NCBI RefSeq assembly: GCF_006345805.1
Contig: NC_043021.1
Coordinates: forward strand, 20,708,001 to 20,772,000
Length of the DNA: 64,000 nt
From: Octopus sinensis
Taxonomy: Eukaryota
Direction of reading: 5' to 3'
Shown here piece by piece: positions 1 through 11,430 of the stretch. The notes under the pieces were generated by a model, which did no database searches, was not told where the DNA came from, and worked only from the letters and a program-made list of their open reading frames with translations. Every line of letters begins with the position of its first letter. The stretch's first letter is position 1. Position numbers and translations under genes: made by a program.

Positions 1-82
1 AAAGGCAGAATGACCCGCTCGCTGCGCACGCATCACGGCTGCCCCTTCCTGTCAGCTCCCCAGCTGCTGACATCATCCCACA
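1..82 (-). repeat. 3' LTR (partial)
   Basis: Aligns without gaps to 3804-3885 with 9 mismatches in 82 nt; homology stops at ...ATCCCACA. Confidence 0.9.
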
Positions 83-294
83 TGCCACCATGATCTTAAA
101 GATCACAATCTCTCTACTCCATGTCGTAGTCCACCATCCAACCGGGAGGGCGCCATGCGCGTCGATCTCTTCTCAAGCTGGGCACCTCGTTCTCCCCCTC
201 TCCACAATTGTTGTCCGTCAAAGCGACAATCCTGCGGTGTTCCATCCACGGAGACGTTGTTTCTGGAATTGACCGCCATCACCGTTCCTCTGCT

Positions 295-1060
295 TCATTG
301 AGACATACAGCGCGCCTTCGGTGGCTTAACCCAGACTTTCTCCCATATTTTCATGCAAACAGGTCCCTTCTCTTCCTCGTGGCCTTCCGGCGCTTTGCTC
401 GGGTGCCTCCATTCATATTTAAATACAGCTCTCTGCGGCACAGATTCCTCAGCTTGTCCGGATCGGGGAGACAAGTTGTACCAAAAAACTGCTTCAAGCG
501 GCGAAATGTGCCCTCTTTCCGCTATGGCCTTCACTGTCCGGTGGTGCCTCTCTACGATCCCGTTATCGCTCAGCCTATTCACTGCTCTGAACAAGCGACG
601 CACCTTCCACCAATCAAGCATAACCCTCAATGCTTCCGAACGAAACGCCGCCCCGTTGTCCATCAGCAGTACTTCCACGGGACCTCTCTCTAAAAAATCC
701 CGTTCAACATCTGCGCGATCTCGTCAGCAATGCCCGTTCTCAACTCCCTCCAAATGACCAGCCGGCCTGGCCCACAGTCAACCATGGAGAGGTACATTCC
801 CTGACGGTAGTGCGTCACATCCACAGCTAGCCTTTCCAGTTGTACTCCACTGAAAGGCTTCCCTGTTCATGCCCACATGGAGCAGGGTCAATGGACTGAC
901 ACCTGTCGCAGCTCCCGACCACTTTCCGGATGCTTCTCCTAGTGACGTCAGCATCAATTTTCTTCGCCAGATACAGGGTCCTGTCCACACCCAGGTGATG
1001 CATAGCATGCAGTTTCTTCAGTTCAGAGTCATCAAACCGACCTCTGGTTCTTCCAACCAC
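295..1060 (-). pseudogene. Gypsy integrase, split and partly deleted
   Basis: ORF 827-1060 has the HHCC zinc finger (HAMHHLG...CDRC); ORF 295-678 has DNGAAF...NGIVERHHRTVK (DDE core). Confidence 0.88.
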
Positions 1061-2295
1061 GCTCTTTTCACCCTGGTCAGTGTGTCCGCCCTGTTTTTCT
1101 CCGAAGGCACGAAAACCACGTTCAGCTTCAGTCCGAACTCAGTGATCAATTCACCTAGAACTCCTAGACGGCGCTTCACTAACATCTCCGCAGCACCTTT
1201 CGTCTGCACTCTCCTTTCACCGGTGATCACCGATCCTACCCAGCCAAGCACAGTGGCCGAATCCATCCAGATTTCAATCGTGCGCAGCCCCCATTTCAGG
1301 GCCAAGTTCACCCCTTTCAGCACCGCGTCTAATTCGGCAACATTGATGTGGTTGAAGTCATCTGCTTTCCGAAGCCAGGCCGCGTCCTCCATCGCAGCAC
1401 CTTCGATTGCCAACACAACCCCTATTGCTATACTGCTAGCATCACACCAGATGGTCCCGCATTCCGTCTTGGGCACATACCAGTTCCCCCTGACCGGGTC
1501 TTCCGCTCTCGTCCTCTCCAAGATTTCCTGCATCATCCCACCTTGTCGCCCCAACTCTCCCCCTCCGCTTGTCTCTTGGTGTAACTGCACGCCGTGCACA
1601 GCCATCCAGCGATCGGGTAGTGACCGACCAACTTCCCACACCGAGAACAGCTCTCTCCTGCTGACGCTGGAACTCAGCTCTGGGATTTCATTTCCTCTCC
1701 GGAACACCAATTCACCTGATCTATCTCTTCGCAGCTTCAGCCCCAGCGCGGCTCCCCCTTCCATCAACTCCAGTGGCTTCGCAATCAGTCCGAACTTCTC
1801 CAGATATCTAACTACCTTGTTGGCTGGCACTACAGTTTCATCCACCAAAATGTCGTCAATGTAGGAGCTGGTGGCCTTTCTAATCTTGCCGTCTTTCCCT
1901 AGGACAGACTTAAGCACTGCCGCCATGATCTTCGGAGCGGAATTCAGCCTGAAACCCAGCCTGGTTAAACAGTACGTCCGGCCTTTGTACCGCACCAGCT
2001 GATATTGCCACAGTTTGTCGCTCACATGGAGCTGCAAGTATGCCAATTTCAAGTTGACAATCGTCGCTGGCTCGGTCGACTGTCTCCACGCACGTAACGT
2101 CTCGCCACAAACGTATGTCGCCTCACCTCCCATGTGACACGATATATGCTGGTTTAGCTCCCTGAAGTCCAGCACCGGTCTAACCTTTTCCTTCGTAGGC
2201 TGCACCACTGCCATCAGGGGTAGCACTCCAACCGCTACCTCCACCTCCCAAGAGACAAGAACCCCTTCCTCGATCCATCTCGTCCTCAAACTCAA
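1018..2295 (-). CDS. Gypsy reverse transcriptase / RNase H
   Basis: RPVLDFRELN, AYLQL, YIDD motif; RNase H CDAS...AELDAV...MDSATV. Confidence 0.93.
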   Translation of the reverse strand: MSLRTRWIEEGVLVSWEVEVAVGVLPLMAVVQPTKEKVRPVLDFRELNQHISCHMGGEATYVCGETLRAWRQSTEPATIVNLKLAYLQLHVSDKLWQYQLVRYKGRTYCLTRLGFRLNSAPKIMAAVLKSVLGKDGKIRKATSSYIDDILVDETVVPANKVVRYLEKFGLIAKPLELMEGGAALGLKLRRDRSGELVFRRGNEIPELSSSVSRRELFSVWEVGRSLPDRWMAVHGVQLHQETSGGGELGRQGGMMQEILERTRAEDPVRGNWYVPKTECGTIWCDASSIAIGVVLAIEGAAMEDAAWLRKADDFNHINVAELDAVLKGVNLALKWGLRTIEIWMDSATVLGWVGSVITGERRVQTKGAAEMLVKRRLGVLGELITEFGLKLNVVFVPSEKNRADTLTRVKRAWLEEPEVGLMTLN

Positions 2296-2331
2296 CCCTG
2301 GCGTGGCCTTTCAGGGTATGCTGGTAACAGC

Positions 2332-2895
2332 TCAGTTTTTCAGCATCGGGGGCTCGTCCTTCCATCTCCACTCTATCGTCCACCGCTGACCATCGAACAC
2401 CGCCTGAAAGTCTTTGTCCTCGATGGTGTAAGCGGCGCAGTCCCTTGCGGGGCTCTGTTCTCTCTGGCGATCCTGACTCGCAGTGCACGATGCCCCCACG
2501 CTTCTGAACGTGACCTCATCTCCCACAATACTGACGCCACCGAGGCAGTTGATGGCGTCCATCCCCATCACCACATTAACCCCATCTATCATGCGTTCAG
2601 TTACAATTACCTGCAGCCTTAGAGTCGCGTCGCACACCACTATCTCTACCTTGCTGCTGCCTCTGCAACGGATTTTGCTGCCGTCGACCGGCCGGACGCT
2701 ACTTGCCCCGTTCCATTTCTTCGTCACCCTTGAAGTCACAAGGGTAGTCATGCAGCCTGTATCCACGAGGGCCCTGAACGTCTTCCCCTCGGCCTCCATG
2801 TCAATTAATGGCAGCGTCTCCAATAGCGCCTCTACTCGTTTGCGGGGAAAGTTCGAGTGGCAGCAACTTCTCCGCGGTCGTTTCCCTGGCCACAA
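2332..2895 (-). CDS. Retropepsin-like aspartic protease (pol N-terminus)
   Basis: ALVDTGCMTTLV active site and VVMGMD flap-like motif; overlaps the end of gag in the -1 frame. Confidence 0.9.
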   Translation of the reverse strand: MWPGKRPRRSCCHSNFPRKRVEALLETLPLIDMEAEGKTFRALVDTGCMTTLVTSRVTKKWNGASSVRPVDGSKIRCRGSSKVEIVVCDATLRLQVIVTERMIDGVNVVMGMDAINCLGGVSIVGDEVTFRSVGASCTASQDRQREQSPARDCAAYTIEDKDFQAVFDGQRWTIEWRWKDEPPMLKN

Positions 2896-3590
2896 TCACG
2901 GGCGATGTGCCCGGTCTGCCTGCATCGATAGCAAATGGGCCCCAGTTGCATACAGTCTCGCACCATGTGCGACCCCTGACATCTAAAACACCGACCTGAG
3001 AACGGCCGCTGTTGTTGCATGGTAGGCTTCTGTACGTCTTTCTTCAGTCGTCGTCCATCTTTACACACCTCCGTCACCGCCATCGCCTTCCGCCCTGAGT
3101 GTCGCATCAACACGCGGGCTTGAGTCACAAGTTCGCTCAGTGCCATCTTTTTAATCCCAGGCAATCGTTGTAGGTGAATCCCTACATCGTCGGGGAACCC
3201 ATTTACAAACGTCAGTCGCGCTGCTCTCTCCAGCCCTTCTCCTGTAAACCCAGCCAGCATCGCTAACCTTCGAACTTCTGCTGCATACTCATCCACCTGT
3301 CCTCCCGTCCATCTGATCGTACCCAGCTTAGCAAAAGCTGTGTATTCACACGCTGTGTAGGCATCCCGCAGACGTTGCTCTATCTTTTTCTTGCTCAGGC
3401 GTTCCTCCTCGTCCATCTCAAGGTATAGCGTCAACGCGCTCCCTTCTAAATACAGCGCCATAAGACTTGCCACATCGCTTATACCTTGCAGTCTTGCCAC
3501 CAGTCTGATTTTACGCATCCAGGCCACTACATCGCCTTCACCATTAAAGGGTCTGATGATGTCGCTGGCGATCCTGATTTTCGCTGCCAT
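2832..3590 (-). CDS. Gypsy gag with two zinc knuckles
   Basis: CFRCQGSHMVRDC and CYRCRQTGHIARDC; N-terminal PFNGEGDVVAW capsid-like region. Confidence 0.92.
   Translation of the reverse strand: MAAKIRIASDIIRPFNGEGDVVAWMRKIRLVARLQGISDVASLMALYLEGSALTLYLEMDEEERLSKKKIEQRLRDAYTACEYTAFAKLGTIRWTGGQVDEYAAEVRRLAMLAGFTGEGLERAARLTFVNGFPDDVGIHLQRLPGIKKMALSELVTQARVLMRHSGRKAMAVTEVCKDGRRLKKDVQKPTMQQQRPFSGRCFRCQGSHMVRDCMQLGPICYRCRQTGHIARDCGQGNDRGEVAATRTFPANE
2880..2886 (-). promoter_or_regulatory. Predicted -1 ribosomal frameshift heptamer G_GGA_AAC
   Basis: X_XXY_YYZ in the gag frame (caG GGA AAC); a -1 slip enters the protease ORF frame (KRPRRSCC...). Confidence 0.75.
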
Positions 3591-3627
3591 CGTGGCGATG
3601 ACTTATATGGAGTGCCGAAATAGCTTA

Positions 3628-3885
3628 TGGTGTGCGCGAGAGATTTGAAATAAAAGAACCTACCTTCTCTTCGCTCAGATGGAGACCCTTCAGTGGTAAC
3701 GGATCCTTCGACACAGCCCGACCTGAACGCTAGAGATAGCAGCTGCTTCTCCCAACCATAACAATGTGATCACCCGTCTTAACTCCACGACGACCGGACT
3801 CGAAAAGGCAGAACGATCCGCTCGCTGCGCGCGCGTCACGGCTGCCCCTTCTGGTCAGATCCCCAGCTGCTAACGTCATCCCACA
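3628..3885 (-). repeat. 5' LTR (~258 bp)
   Basis: Right part matches 1-82; left part (3628-3777) matches the LTR fragments at 48185 and 56466; inner boundary uncertain by a few bp. Confidence 0.85.
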
Positions 3886-4121
3886 GCACTTACATAAAAT
3901 GATGTCATTAAATAACGACTGCATTAAATAAATTTCTACTGAAATAAGTGTTGCAAATTTAAACCTCCGTTCGTCAGTTATATATAAACATATGCAGTAA
4001 TACCTCACTTTCTGAGGACCTGCTTTACGCAGTTTCAGTCTTTAATTAAAAAAAAAAATTAATTGAAAAATCTGTGCATGAGATGGAACAGATCTTAATC
4101 CAGCTCCCTATACCTATTTCT

Positions 4122-4316
4122 TTACTACCCACAAGGGGCTAAACACAAAGAGGACGAACAAGGACAGACAAACGGATAAAGTCGATTATATCGACCCTAG
4201 TGCGTAACTGGTACTTAATTTATCGACCCCGAAAGGATGAAAGGCAAAGTCGACCTCGGCGGAATTTGAACTCAGAACGTAACGGCAGACGAAACACCGC
4301 TAAGCATTTCGCCCGC
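4122..4316 (-). mobile_element. tRNA-derived SINE, family S1 (other copies near 20150+, 21935+, 25751-, 30410-, 32618+, 38432-, 43030-, 50760-, 55540, 60315-)
   Basis: Recurrent body GAGTTCAAATTCCGCCGAGGTCGACTTTGCCTTTCATCCTTTCGGGGTCGATAAATTAAGTACCAG with a tRNA B-box-like head; more than 10 copies. Confidence 0.85.
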
Positions 4317-4380
4317 TGATTTCCTGTTTTATTTAACAGCAGGTGCCACGCAGTGGGACTGAACACGGAATCGTGTGGCT

Positions 4381-4862
4381 TGAAGGAAATTTCTTTATTT
4401 CATATAATTTGCCACAAGGGCATCACACAGATGGAAGCTTTGCGGGCTGGACACGGACATTAATGAGATGAATGATAATGATGCAAAAATGATGATGATG
4501 GGAGAAGACGAAAAGCGCCCGCAGACTTCCGCTTCTCTAAAACATTGTTCTTTTTTCCTTTTTCCCCCCAAAACACAATGAGGCAATAAAGAATTCTTTT
4601 CTCTTTTTTAAATCACACTGAGGTTATAAACCTCGTACATTACACAAAAAGTCACATATTTCACATTTTGTTACCCGGCCGACCAGTATCCTTGCTTCAT
4701 TGAAGCATGTACTCGGTTCCAGGCCGAACCACACAGCCCTATATCTGTAGGAGTCCCCCCGGGAAGGAATTCATGATCCTGCACAGATCACTATCCCATA
4801 GAACCTCACCTCCGCAGCCACCTGCGAAGGCCACTCAGGGTCCTCCGTGAAGGAAATTTCTT
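4381..4862. mobile_element. ~450-bp insertion with a 15-bp target-site duplication inside a SINE head
   Basis: TGAAGGAAATTTCTT at 4381-4395 and 4848-4862; SINE S2 head sequence resumes on both sides. Confidence 0.7.
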
Positions 4863-5228
4863 ACCACACAGCCACGCCTATTTACAATAAACATCTCCCA
4901 AAACAATAGACATGCGACTTAGAGTGATATTTCTTTATTACCCAGTAGGGGCGGCACAGATAAAAAAAAATCACAAGACATTGGGGACATAGAACAAATT
5001 AAAATTATGGGAAATGAATAAATGAAAATGATAATATGAAAGCGATGCTAACGGCCCAATGCGACTTGGAGTGAATTATCGCAAGAGAAGCATGTGCGTG
5101 CGCACGTGCGTTTGCGCGCAATTAATGCATTTGTTATTTAAATAAAGAATTACAATAAACAACGATTACTGAAAAAAATTTAATAAATATCAATTGATAT
5201 GTAATATTCTAAGTTATCTCCCCTACAA

Positions 5229-5268
5229 ATGACGCCGAGCACCATGGAAGTAAAAGAACCGGATTCGG
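5229..5268 (+). CDS. Candidate first coding exon of the CS/p23-like gene (MTPSTMEVKEPDS-G|)
   Basis: ATGs at 5229 and 5244 (accATGG); ends in phase 1, matching the exon at 11295; donor GTACCG is weak. Confidence 0.45.
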
Positions 5269-5865
5269 GTACCGTAACGTTTTATTTACGATTCATTTAC
5301 GTTCCTTAAGGCATTTACCATATGTAATCACAATTACGTGTTCGTTGTCGTTGTTCATGTTCTACTTTCAAATGATTTCCCCCTCTTTTCGCTTATCTCT
5401 CAATGCATTGCACACTTTAAGCTAATTGCTCGCCTACGCCTTAATTTTTTTTGTAGAACTTGACAATTTCTAACGAGTGGGGGAGGGATTCCTTTAATGC
5501 AAGTTACTTCGTCTAACTAGAAAATAACTATCGAATCTGTTTTGTTAATTCATATCCCTGTTAAATTAAAACAAGCTAAAATAAATTCGCGGGTAGATCG
5601 TTGGTGTTCTGCTCCGCGATGGGTGAATTTGGTAAACAACAACAAACTTGTCTTGCGTCGGTAACCAACTTGATATGGCGGGACCGTGTCCGGGAATTTG
5701 TTTCATTTCGTAGATTTATGAGATCTGTGTCAGTATATACGTGTGCGCGCCTACCGTCTTCGTTATCCACCCCCTTTTTTTTTATATATTAGACACTAAT
5801 ATAATCGTTATATACACCACCTGAAAGGTATTTTCTGTAAGTTGTAAGAAAGTCGACTCTACTCT

Positions 5866-6246
5866 CTTTACTCTTTTACTTGTTTCAGTCATTTGACTGC
5901 GGCCATGCTGGAGCACCGCTTCCAATCGAGCAACTCGACCCCGGGACTTATTCTTTTCTAAGCCCAGTACTTATTCTATCGGTCTCTTTTGCCGAACCGC
6001 TAAGTTACGGGGACCTAAACACACCAGCATCGGTCGTCAAGCAATGGTGGGGGGACAAACACAGACTCACAAACATATACACTCATACATATATACGACG
6101 GGCTTCTTCCAGTTTCCGTCTACCAAATCCACTCACAAGGCTTTGGTTGGTCTGAGGCTATAGTAGAAGACACTTGCCCAAGGTGCCACGCAGTGGGAAT
6201 GAACCCGGAACCATGTGGTTGGTAAACAAGCTACTTACCACACAGC
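5866..6246 (-). mobile_element. tRNA-derived SINE, family S2 (other copies near 6420, 13822, 14700, 19385, 19720, 27351, 29275, 43710, 47990, 54640)
   Basis: Minus-strand head GGAGTGGCTGTGTGGTAAG...GGTTCAGTCCC, internal (CA)/(TA) tract and tail GCGGTGCTCCAGCATGGCCGCAGTCAAATGACTGAAACAAGTAAAAGAG; many copies. Confidence 0.85.
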
Positions 6247-8870
6247 TGTTAATTATCCGAAACTTCCCTCTCCCAAATTCTTTTCCCATCTAATTCCAAC
6301 ATACTTGGAGTTTATATCATCTGGAAGTTATTTGTAGAAAATTTCACTAAAAAATATCTTTCTGAAAGTTATGAGGAAACAAACCCTGTGGTGGTGGTAG
6401 AGGCATTCGTCTTTGGTGTCTTTCACTTGTTTCAGTCATTAGACTGCGGCCATGCTGGGGCACCGCCTTGCAGGAAACTTTTAGAGGAAGGAATCGAACC
6501 CAGTACTTGTTTTAAGGCCTGGGACTTATTCAGTTGGTATCTTTTGTCGAACCACTAAGTTATGGGGGGGGGGCGTAATCACACCAACAGTGGTTGTCAA
6601 GCAGTGGTGGGGGGTAAAAATGCAGACACAAAGACACACACACATACACAGATATATATACGACAGGCTTCTCTGAGTTTCCTACCAAATCCACTCACAA
6701 GGCTTTAGTCAGCTCGAGGCTTTAGCAGGGGCCATTTACCCAAGGTGTTATGCTGTGGGACTGAAACCAGAACCATGTGGTTGAGAAGCAAGCTTTTTAA
6801 CCACACAGCCACGCCTGTGTACGGGGGAAGTTGACCTAATTTCAATGTGTTCGAGGAATTTGACATAGTTTAAATGTGTGGCTGTACTGTACACATCCTG
6901 AGTGGGTTTGAAAATTGATCTGGTTTCAGTGAATGTAGGAAGCTATTTGAATGTTGACTGGAAAGTTTTACCAAATTTCAGTGTTTCTGATACCCAGATT
7001 CCTCTTCCTTCAGATAATCTCGCCAACCCATGTATAATGTATGGTTACCATGTGTCTTCTCTACAGCAAGACATCTGTGCTTGTCACTCTAAAATTCTTT
7101 AGCCTCTCAACACCTAGCATAAAGCCACCTTTCTTTCTACTGGAACCCTACTTGGTTGAGGGAGTTTTTTTCTTTGTCTTGTGAGTTACTTGGTCACTTC
7201 ACAAACACCTGTCTCATTAAAAAAGCATTAAAAAAAAACTAAATACAGTGGAAGCTCTGTAAAGTGGTTGGCATTAGGAATGGCATTGAACTGTATGAAG
7301 CACGCCAAAGTAGTCAGACACTTGAGCTAGACACTGTCCTTCAGTTCGTTGGATCCTGTCAAAACGTCCAACCCATACCAGTATAGAAAACAGACATTAA
7401 CCCTTTCATTACTGTATTCATTTTGAGACACTTTGTGTTTCTTTCTAATTTTAAATATAACAAAGAATTTAGTACAATAACTTAATTATCATTAAGCTAG
7501 TGTTAGGAACATTAATTGTGACTAAGATTTGATGGAAGATTTTAATTCAAAACTTATGAAAATAAGACATTTGTACTACAGAGCTGGAGGCGGTTCCAGC
7601 CAGGTTGGTAATGAAAGGGTTAAATGATAGTGGTAATGATGATAATTAGGACAGCGACATACATGCACACACCTCTCAAATCACATCCCATGGGATTTAG
7701 TGGAAATTTGTAACATGTTGAGTGACAACGAAGAGGCTCTGTTGTTGGCTTGTAGTCAAGAACATTTTATCTGGTGGGATTTGAAACTCATATTTATTGC
7801 ATTGCAGCTGACTATAATAATAATAATGAAATTATTGTATACAGTGCTCAGATGCACCACAACTTGTCAAAAGTGCGTATAAAGTATATGCGGTAATATA
7901 CAAATGTCTAGAAAGTGAACAGTGTATGTGTATGGAGGGGAGAAAATCAGGTGTAGTGTTGGCGAATCTCAGGAAGCATGGAAGTTTTGAAGGATGCAGT
8001 GCTCCGACAACTAACAACAATGCCGGCAGTTTGTTCCATGCTTCAGCAACTCTCAGCGTGAAAAAATGTTTCCGAAAGTCATGGGAGCTGTGCTGTTTTC
8101 CGACTTTGTAATTTAAACATGTCCACGGGTGTTAGACAGGTGGATTTTGAAAAGGTGCTCAGAGTTATTGTTTGTAAGATGGTTAATAATTTTATGGGTG
8201 TCTGCCAAGTTAGCTGCCAGACGTCGGAGTTTCAATGTGTCCATGCCCAGGGAAGTAAGGCGTTCAGAATATGTTACCAATTACACCACAAGATGCCTCC
8301 ACACTTGTCACTGAGCTGCTACATTTCCCCTCCCACACTTATTTATTCTTTTATTCTCTTGACTATTGTACCTGTTTCAAACATTTCATTTATTTATCTG
8401 TACCACACCCTGATTTTAATTTGCATACTTTCTCTTTCTTTCTGAGCTGGTTTTTCTAGCTTTTTATTTAACCTCTGTCCATATAATTGATTGTCACTTA
8501 AAGTTTTCTGTTAATTCTAGTACTGTTGTTTATCTCTGAAAGCCTTATTTGTTACATTACTCCATGTATGCATTGCTCCTTGTGTGGTCGAGTCAATGAG
8601 GAAATGTTTAAGTACACCATCGCAGCAATAAAACTGACATAAGTCAAAAACAAAGCCTATCTGTATAATTTGATTTGCTGGTATTAGTAACTAAATCTCT
8701 CTCAAATCATACAAGGATATATTGGATAATGTTGTCATAGCCTATGATCAATAATTTTGAACATAGAACTGCTAGATCAGAGCTAACTTGAAGCTAAAGA
8801 AAACAGGCTGTCCATATTATATTACAATTATAGAAATAATTGGTAAATGATATCGATAAATTTTGTTTTT

Positions 8871-9130
8871 AGATTTGGTTTGCAAGATTCTTTATATGAG
8901 TTTGTGTGTTGAAGCATATTCTGTTGTGCCTGGGGAGAGTCATTTTCTTTTTGTGCCTTATAATGTAATACACCCACCGGTAAAATTTCCACTTGAGACT
9001 ATTGAAAAGGTTGCAAGACGCAACGAAAATTTTAGGAAAATAAAAATAAGAAAAAAGTGGAAATTTTACTGGTGAGTGTGTTACATTAAAAGGCACAAAT
9101 AGAAAATTACTCTCCCCAGACACAACAGGA
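8871..9130. mobile_element. Foldback MITE, copy 1
   Basis: ~60-bp inverted repeats CTGGGGAGAG...AATTTCCAC / GTGGAAATT...CTCTCCCCAG; second copy at 33117-33362. Confidence 0.8.
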
Positions 9131-9164
9131 TATCAATACAGTTAAAGCATATATAAAGGGTGTT

Positions 9165-9830
9165 TCAAAAAATCTGATATTTGAAATGTAAATATTACAG
9201 AAACTACATAGTCAAAGTGTATGAAACTAAACAGGCTTAGCCCTTTTGTTACCAACCCGGCTGAAACCGGCTCAGGCTCTGTAGCACAAATGTGTAGGAA
9301 GATAAATGGAAGCAGGACATTGCCATCACTAATGATCACTCCAAACACCATGATGTTGACTGGATGTTTGATTTTTATCACTCTCGGTACATGTTTTGTC
9401 CTTGATGTCTTGGGATAAAAATTGGCCCTTTCTCATTTTGTATGAGGAATACCGAATGTCTTCATGCACTGCCTGTCTGATAGAAACTCAGACACAACCA
9501 TGTCCCTGTCGATGGACCTGATTGATTTGGAGGGATCGTTGTCAATCATGGCCTGGATCTCACCAACAAATTCAGGAGTTCTTTTCTTATCAGAACGATC
9601 AAAGTGAGTTTTCCAGGCTGCTGTACCTTTGTAATTACCATTAGATTCATCCAATTCTTTGCAAATCCTCAGCACTGCCCTCAGATTGACACCCAAACAC
9701 TCTGAAACGTTTGTACTGGAGCTTCCAGCACGAATGCCAAGCAGTAAAGCATATCACTTCCAAATTTCTGGCAGAGTGAATTGCATTGTGGTACTGTTTT
9801 TCCCATAGATGGTGCCCAACTGACCCTACC
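9165..9830 (-). pseudogene. Tc1/mariner transposase remnant (internally deleted)
   Basis: RSDKKRTPEFVGEIQAMIDNDPSKSIRSI and KHPVNIMVFGVIISDG...PFIF motifs; TA-AAGGGTGTTTCAAAA TIR-like end near 9165. Confidence 0.8.
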
Positions 9831-10284
9831 ATACTGTGTAGTCAACAAAATCGAAAACAAGCAATGTGCAAGCGTGAGATTAAAAATATAAAATAATGAC
9901 AATTTACCAATCACACCTTGTATATTATTTTCATTATCATCATCAACATTTAACATTTGCTGTCTATGCTGGCATGGGTTGAACAGTTTGGCCAGGGCTG
10001 GCAAGCTGATATGGCGTGGTTTTTACAGCTGAATGTCCTTCCTAACACCAACCACTCTGTGAGTGTAATGAGTGCTTTTATGTGCCAGTTGCGTGACACC
10101 AGTATCTGCCATGACTATGATTTCATTGCCTCTGTGAGGCCCACTGCTCAAGAGGTACTTGATATGTGCCACCACCAGCACTGGTGCTACTTTTGCGACA
10201 CTAGCATCGGCCACAGTGCCTCCATGAGACCCAACGCTCGACAGGTGGCGCTTACATGCCACTGACATTGGTGCCAGTTGTGTG

Positions 10285-10590
10285 TTGTTGTTTGTTCCTC
10301 CTCGAGCCATGCCTGGCTCATAAGGGCCGGTTTCCTGGTTTCTTGGCGTATAGGTTCCCCACCTGGATGGGACGCCAGTCCATCGCAGGTGAGCTGCAAG
10401 ATGCAGGAGGAAAGAGTGAGAGAAAGTTGTGGCGAAAGAGTCAGCAGAAGTTCGCCGTTACCTTCTGCCGGAGCCATGTGTGGAGCTTAGGTGTTTCACT
10501 CATAAACACACACATCGCCTGGTCTGAGATTCGAACCCGTGATCCCTCGACCGTGAGTCCGCTGCTCTAACCTCTAGGCCATGTGCCTCT
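10285..10590 (-). mobile_element. tRNA-derived SINE, family S3 (copy at 15180-15470 +; related element at 31945-32300 -)
   Basis: Head GAGGCACATGGCCTAGAGGTTAGAGC...GGTTCGAATC with A- and B-box; body shared with the 15180 copy. Confidence 0.8.
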
Positions 10591-11261
10591 GCCAGTTATG
10601 TGACACCAGCTTTGGCCACAAATATGATTTCACTTGGTTTGATGGGTTTACTCAAGCTTGGCATAATGCCAAAGGTCTTGGTCCTTAGTCATGGCCTCTG
10701 TGAGGTCCAACATTCGAAGATTATGTTTCACCCGTCATCTCATATCTTCCTGGGTCTACTTCTTCCATAAATTCCCTCCACAGTTACAGATCAGCACTTC
10801 TTTACACTGCTCTCCTCATCCATATGCAATAATTTTAAATTATTAATTTAAAAAAAATATTAGGACAAAGTTTTTAACGATGTTTTAATTATTTTTTTAC
10901 AATCTGGTAGGCTTTGTTCAGTTTGACTGTGCAAATGTCACTGTGCATATATATATATATATATATATGTCTGTGTCTCTGTATGTCCATGCATGCATGT
11001 GTGTATGTGTGTCAAGCCTTAATTACATCAAAATTTTACTTCTGTTGTCCATGCTGCCATGGGTTGGATGGTTTGACCAGGGCTGGCAAACTGAAGGTTG
11101 CACAAGACTCCAGTCTGATTTAGCATGGTTTCTACAACTGGATGCCCTTCCTAACACCAGTCACTCCAAGTGTGTAATGGGTGCTTTTACGTGCCACTGG
11201 CACAGGTGCCATTTGCATGATACCAATATATGCCATGACTACAATTTACCACATGTTTATA

Positions 11262-11292
<31 letters not shown>

Positions 11293-11294
11293 AG

Positions 11295-11430
11295 TTATTA
11301 CAACCGAAGTTGATCTGTTTACTGTCCGAGTGAACCTGTCAATGCCAGGACTTCAGGTGAAGAAAAGTTTCATGAAGTTTACGAAACCAAAACCACGTAA
11401 TGCAAAAGTCACCGTCAAATTTGAAGGGAG
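11295..11430 (+). CDS. CS/p23 (HSP20-like) domain gene, exon 2
   Basis: (CT)n-cattacAG acceptor, GAG|GTTTGT donor; encodes (V)ITTEVDLFTVRVNLSMPGLQVKKSFMKFTKPKPRNAKVTVKFEG(R); ends in phase 2, fitting the next exon. Confidence 0.8.

Larger units (their letters stand above)
1..3885 (-). mobile_element. Ty3/Gypsy LTR retrotransposon, near full length (3' LTR runs off the window)
   Basis: Minus-strand order gag(CCHC)-protease-RT-RNaseH-integrase; direct repeat 1-82 vs 3804-3885 ending ...TCCCACA (TG start on minus strand). Confidence 0.95.

Noticed and set aside
869-1864. 331-aa plus-strand ORF
   Set aside because: Antisense shadow of the GC-rich RT/RNase H frame; Ser/Pro-rich with no motif.
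3600-3627. Primer-binding site of the Gypsy element
   Set aside because: No TGG-starting tRNA-complementary sequence is visible next to the LTR end; cannot be supported.
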